Part shown: piece after piece, positions 61,300 through 64,000 of the stretch
Layout: the number at the start of each line of letters is the position of its first letter
Position numbering within the stretch: the stretch's first letter is position 1
Origin: Raillietiella orientalis
Lineage: Eukaryota
Direction: 5' to 3'
Assembly (NCBI GenBank): GCA_036172245.1
Contig: JAYWIR010000004.1
Coordinates: 3,658,001 to 3,722,000 of the forward strand
DNA: 64,000 nucleotides
Translations under genes and position numbers: made by a program
The notes under the pieces: model-generated
Told to the model about the DNA's origin: nothing
Database searches by the model: none
What the model saw: only the letters and a program-made list of their open reading frames with translations

Positions 61300-63870
61300 A
61301 GTAGGAAGTGAAGGGAGAGGGAAATAAAGAAAAAATAAATAAACATTCAACCAAAAAAAATCTGAAATATTGGGGGGGCAAAAGAAAATATCACGGTGCA
61401 CTCTCTGGGGTCTCTGCATCCTTTGCAGGATGTCGGCAAGCTCCTCCCCCTGCTGAGAGAGATGCGGAAAGCTCGTGGTCATCCTCAAAAAGGAGATCGC
61501 CAACGGGAAGGTGTCTCTGTTTTTCTGGTGCCCCGTCATCATCCTAACTTTTCAGCTTTTCGCCGCCACAACCACGATCCCGGTTGTTAGGTCCAGAAAC
61601 ATGTGTGGGTTTCCCAGAGAAGGATCAACGCGTGAGAGCCCCACGAGAGCCTCTCAAGAGAAACAGCACATTTAAGGAGATCCTTGCATAGTAGGGCACC
61701 GCAACACCAATCTGAACACCCGTAGCATCGAGACATACGAGGTGGCCAGCATCTATCGGCAACTCGTCTCAGTCTGAAATAGCCAAGTGGAACGCATATC
61801 TGTTATGTCCTGTGAACACATCCTGCCTGTAAGGGTTCCGGGAGATGCAGACAGCTCTCTCGGATCATTTCTTGATTTATTTGTCATTCGAGTGTAGGAC
61901 CTCTCAGGGAGCGCACAGATCTCACCAGCATGTCCGCCTGGTATGAGTCCTAATCGAAGTACCAGAAAGTCAGCGAAACTATCCTGCAACTCAAATCATC
62001 GTCAGAGTGGATGACTGGGACACCACGAAAGTGAACCATTCTGAGCATGAACTTTAATGTCGAACGAGGCATTAAGTCCGTTCCTCTCATACCTGGGGAG
62101 GGATCCCCGGAATGGAGATCGTTTCCACCCTGGTTGTCTCCCGAAAGGGGACCCTGAAGGAAAATCTCCTTCCTTATTCTCTCCTGTGAGAGAGCACCAG
62201 AGAGAGTAAGTACATAAGATGGAGTACATAAAATGGAAAAAGGGAAGAAAAGCGGAAACTGTTATGATGGAGAAAAACATTCAATTTGCACACATCTTCT
62301 GAATCCAGTGCCAATACACAACATGGCAAGCCTCGAAAGACAGATGGATGAGTTGGAGCACTGTTATATGGGGCTTTACCGGAGAAAGGCACTGGGTGAC
62401 ACAGTGAAACACAGGATCCTGCAGTACGCTTGCAAGGAATTGAACAAGCAACAGGAGATGGAGATGAAAGCAGAGAGAAGATGATCGAGGCAGAGTTCAC
62501 GAGACTACACAAGGATGCAGCAGCGGGACCGGATAGTTTCGCAACCAATCACTGCCAGCAGCACCTTCCAGTTTATATCAGCCTGTTCCTCCAGATGGCG
62601 AGAGAATCGAAGGAGAGGCGAAATTAGGAAGTCATGCCAACGTTTTACGATACCATTAGTCTCCCAGAGAAGTGACTTCATCAGAGCCACCCAATGGAGG
62701 TCAATCGCTGATTTAATACGGGTACCAACCGGTTATTAAAGATCTACGCCCAAGAGTTAAGAGCAGTAATGGACTCAGTGATTATTGTCATCCAAAGGTG
62801 CATAGTTTCTGGGCACCACATACGAGCAAGCATCAGTCGGCTCCCCAGCCATCATTAGTTTCCATAGAGACATCAGAAATGACCCGGTTCTGGGTTGCAA
62901 TAGCATTGGAGAAGGCATCGTACACTATGGACCACAGGATGCACCTCGGAATCCTGGAAAAACCATGCTTCCCAGGACAATTATGCGCATGTGTGAAGAC
63001 AGTGATGGAGGAATAAACTTCAAGGTAATGATCAACGGCAAGGAGACAAGTGCACTTTGGATGAAAAGGGGCTCCTACAACGAGATGCCTTCAGTCCATT
63101 GCTATTCGTCCCTCATATAAAAGCCTCGTAGAGCCTTATAAAAGAAGGCACTCGACTCAAATGTTTCCAGTTAGAAAAGGAGTCTATTTATCGTAAGCCG
63201 ATGGTCACCTCCTGCTCATGAGGGATGCGGTAGAATGGCGGAAACAGGAGTGGGAGTGAAAATCTATGCCAAGAGTCCAAACCGCTGACTACAGGAGTCC
63301 TATGGGCACCCAAGAAACGAGAGGATTCAGAGCGATCAGCAAAGTGAACTGCTTGGAGATCGGCATCCACAACCCATCTGAAAGAGACCCACAGGAATGA
63401 GATTAGAAGTGATCAATTAGAACAGATCTGACTTCTGCCAAGAATAAGGCTGATCCATGGAGTTGGTCTTGGTTCTCGAGCTACTGTTTGGAGAGATCTT
63501 CTGTCCAATGCCGGAGAATTTCAAGAAGCGGATGAAATACATCGAGAGAAACTTCATTTGGGAGGAAGTGGAAGCCTGGTCGAAACGGGAATGTTTGTGC
63601 CACCCAAGAGGAGAGAAGGACATTGGGGTGAAGGAATGGCGGCACGCCGTAAAGGACTCTGAAGGACGCCAAATTCTTAGAATTGAGCAAATTTTGGATG
63701 GTTTATCTTATGCAGCTCATAATGTATACTCAAAGGTTATCAAGAGCTCCAACGGCTCAGCAGCAGCACTAGATAGAAGAACTAAACATTTGAAGAAAAT
63801 ACATCCTGGAGTGGCTCAGAAAACAAGAATGGATCATGTAAACAGTCTGAAAGTCGTCTCCAGCAAGTGA
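61300..63870 (+). mobile_element. Decayed non-LTR retrotransposon ORF2 (Tx1/L1-like), EN-RT relic
   Basis: Ordered degenerate RT motifs across frameshifts: AAGPDSF (cf. SPGPDG), QWRSIADL (WRPISLL), ALEKASYTMDH (DxEKAFDxVxH), RGLLQRDAFSPLLFV (GxRQGCPLSPLLF), *ADG at 63194-63205 (YADD), and NFIW...LCHPRGEKDIG (FIW...LxxPKxxGGLG, typical of L1/Tx1). 5' boundary approximate. Confidence 0.75.
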
Positions 63871-64000
63871 AGAACTTTTGAGAAAAAGAAGTGACATCGT
63901 GATTCCCAGTCTTTCCCCTCATTTCATGGTTTCCTTATTTGTCGGAGAATCAGACGCAGTCGCAACTGCCACGGATGAGGTGTTCCTGCGTAAATGGAAG

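Overview
Eukaryotic (metazoan, probably arthropod by inference from the aquaporin type) genomic window; nothing prokaryotic, no CRISPR, no rRNA. I assembled five protein-coding genes by hand with GT-AG introns and open frames. Plus strand: DNAJC10/ERdj5 (9 exons, ~762 aa, ends HDEL), single-exon LTO1/ORAOV1, CHMP1A (5 exons, 195 aa) and 5-oxoprolinase OPLAH (15 exons, ~1264 aa). Minus strand: a water-type aquaporin spread over ~15.7 kb. The most striking observation is that the aquaporin has TWO intact, homologous, phase-0 terminal exons (34844-34689 and 29416-29258), neither correctly shown by the ORF track. Each encodes TM6 plus a different cytoplasmic tail, and only the distal one ends in a class I PDZ-ligand-like motif (-ITDL). 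The housekeeping genes have very short introns (21 of 26 are 39-58 nt) and look CpG-poor. The aquaporin has kb-sized, CpG-rich introns filled with decayed non-LTR retrotransposons. Intergenic DNA holds LINE-type relics (Tx1/L1-like, possibly Penelope-like) and one poly(A)/TSD-flanked insertion. All calls rest on motif recognition by eye; no database search was run.
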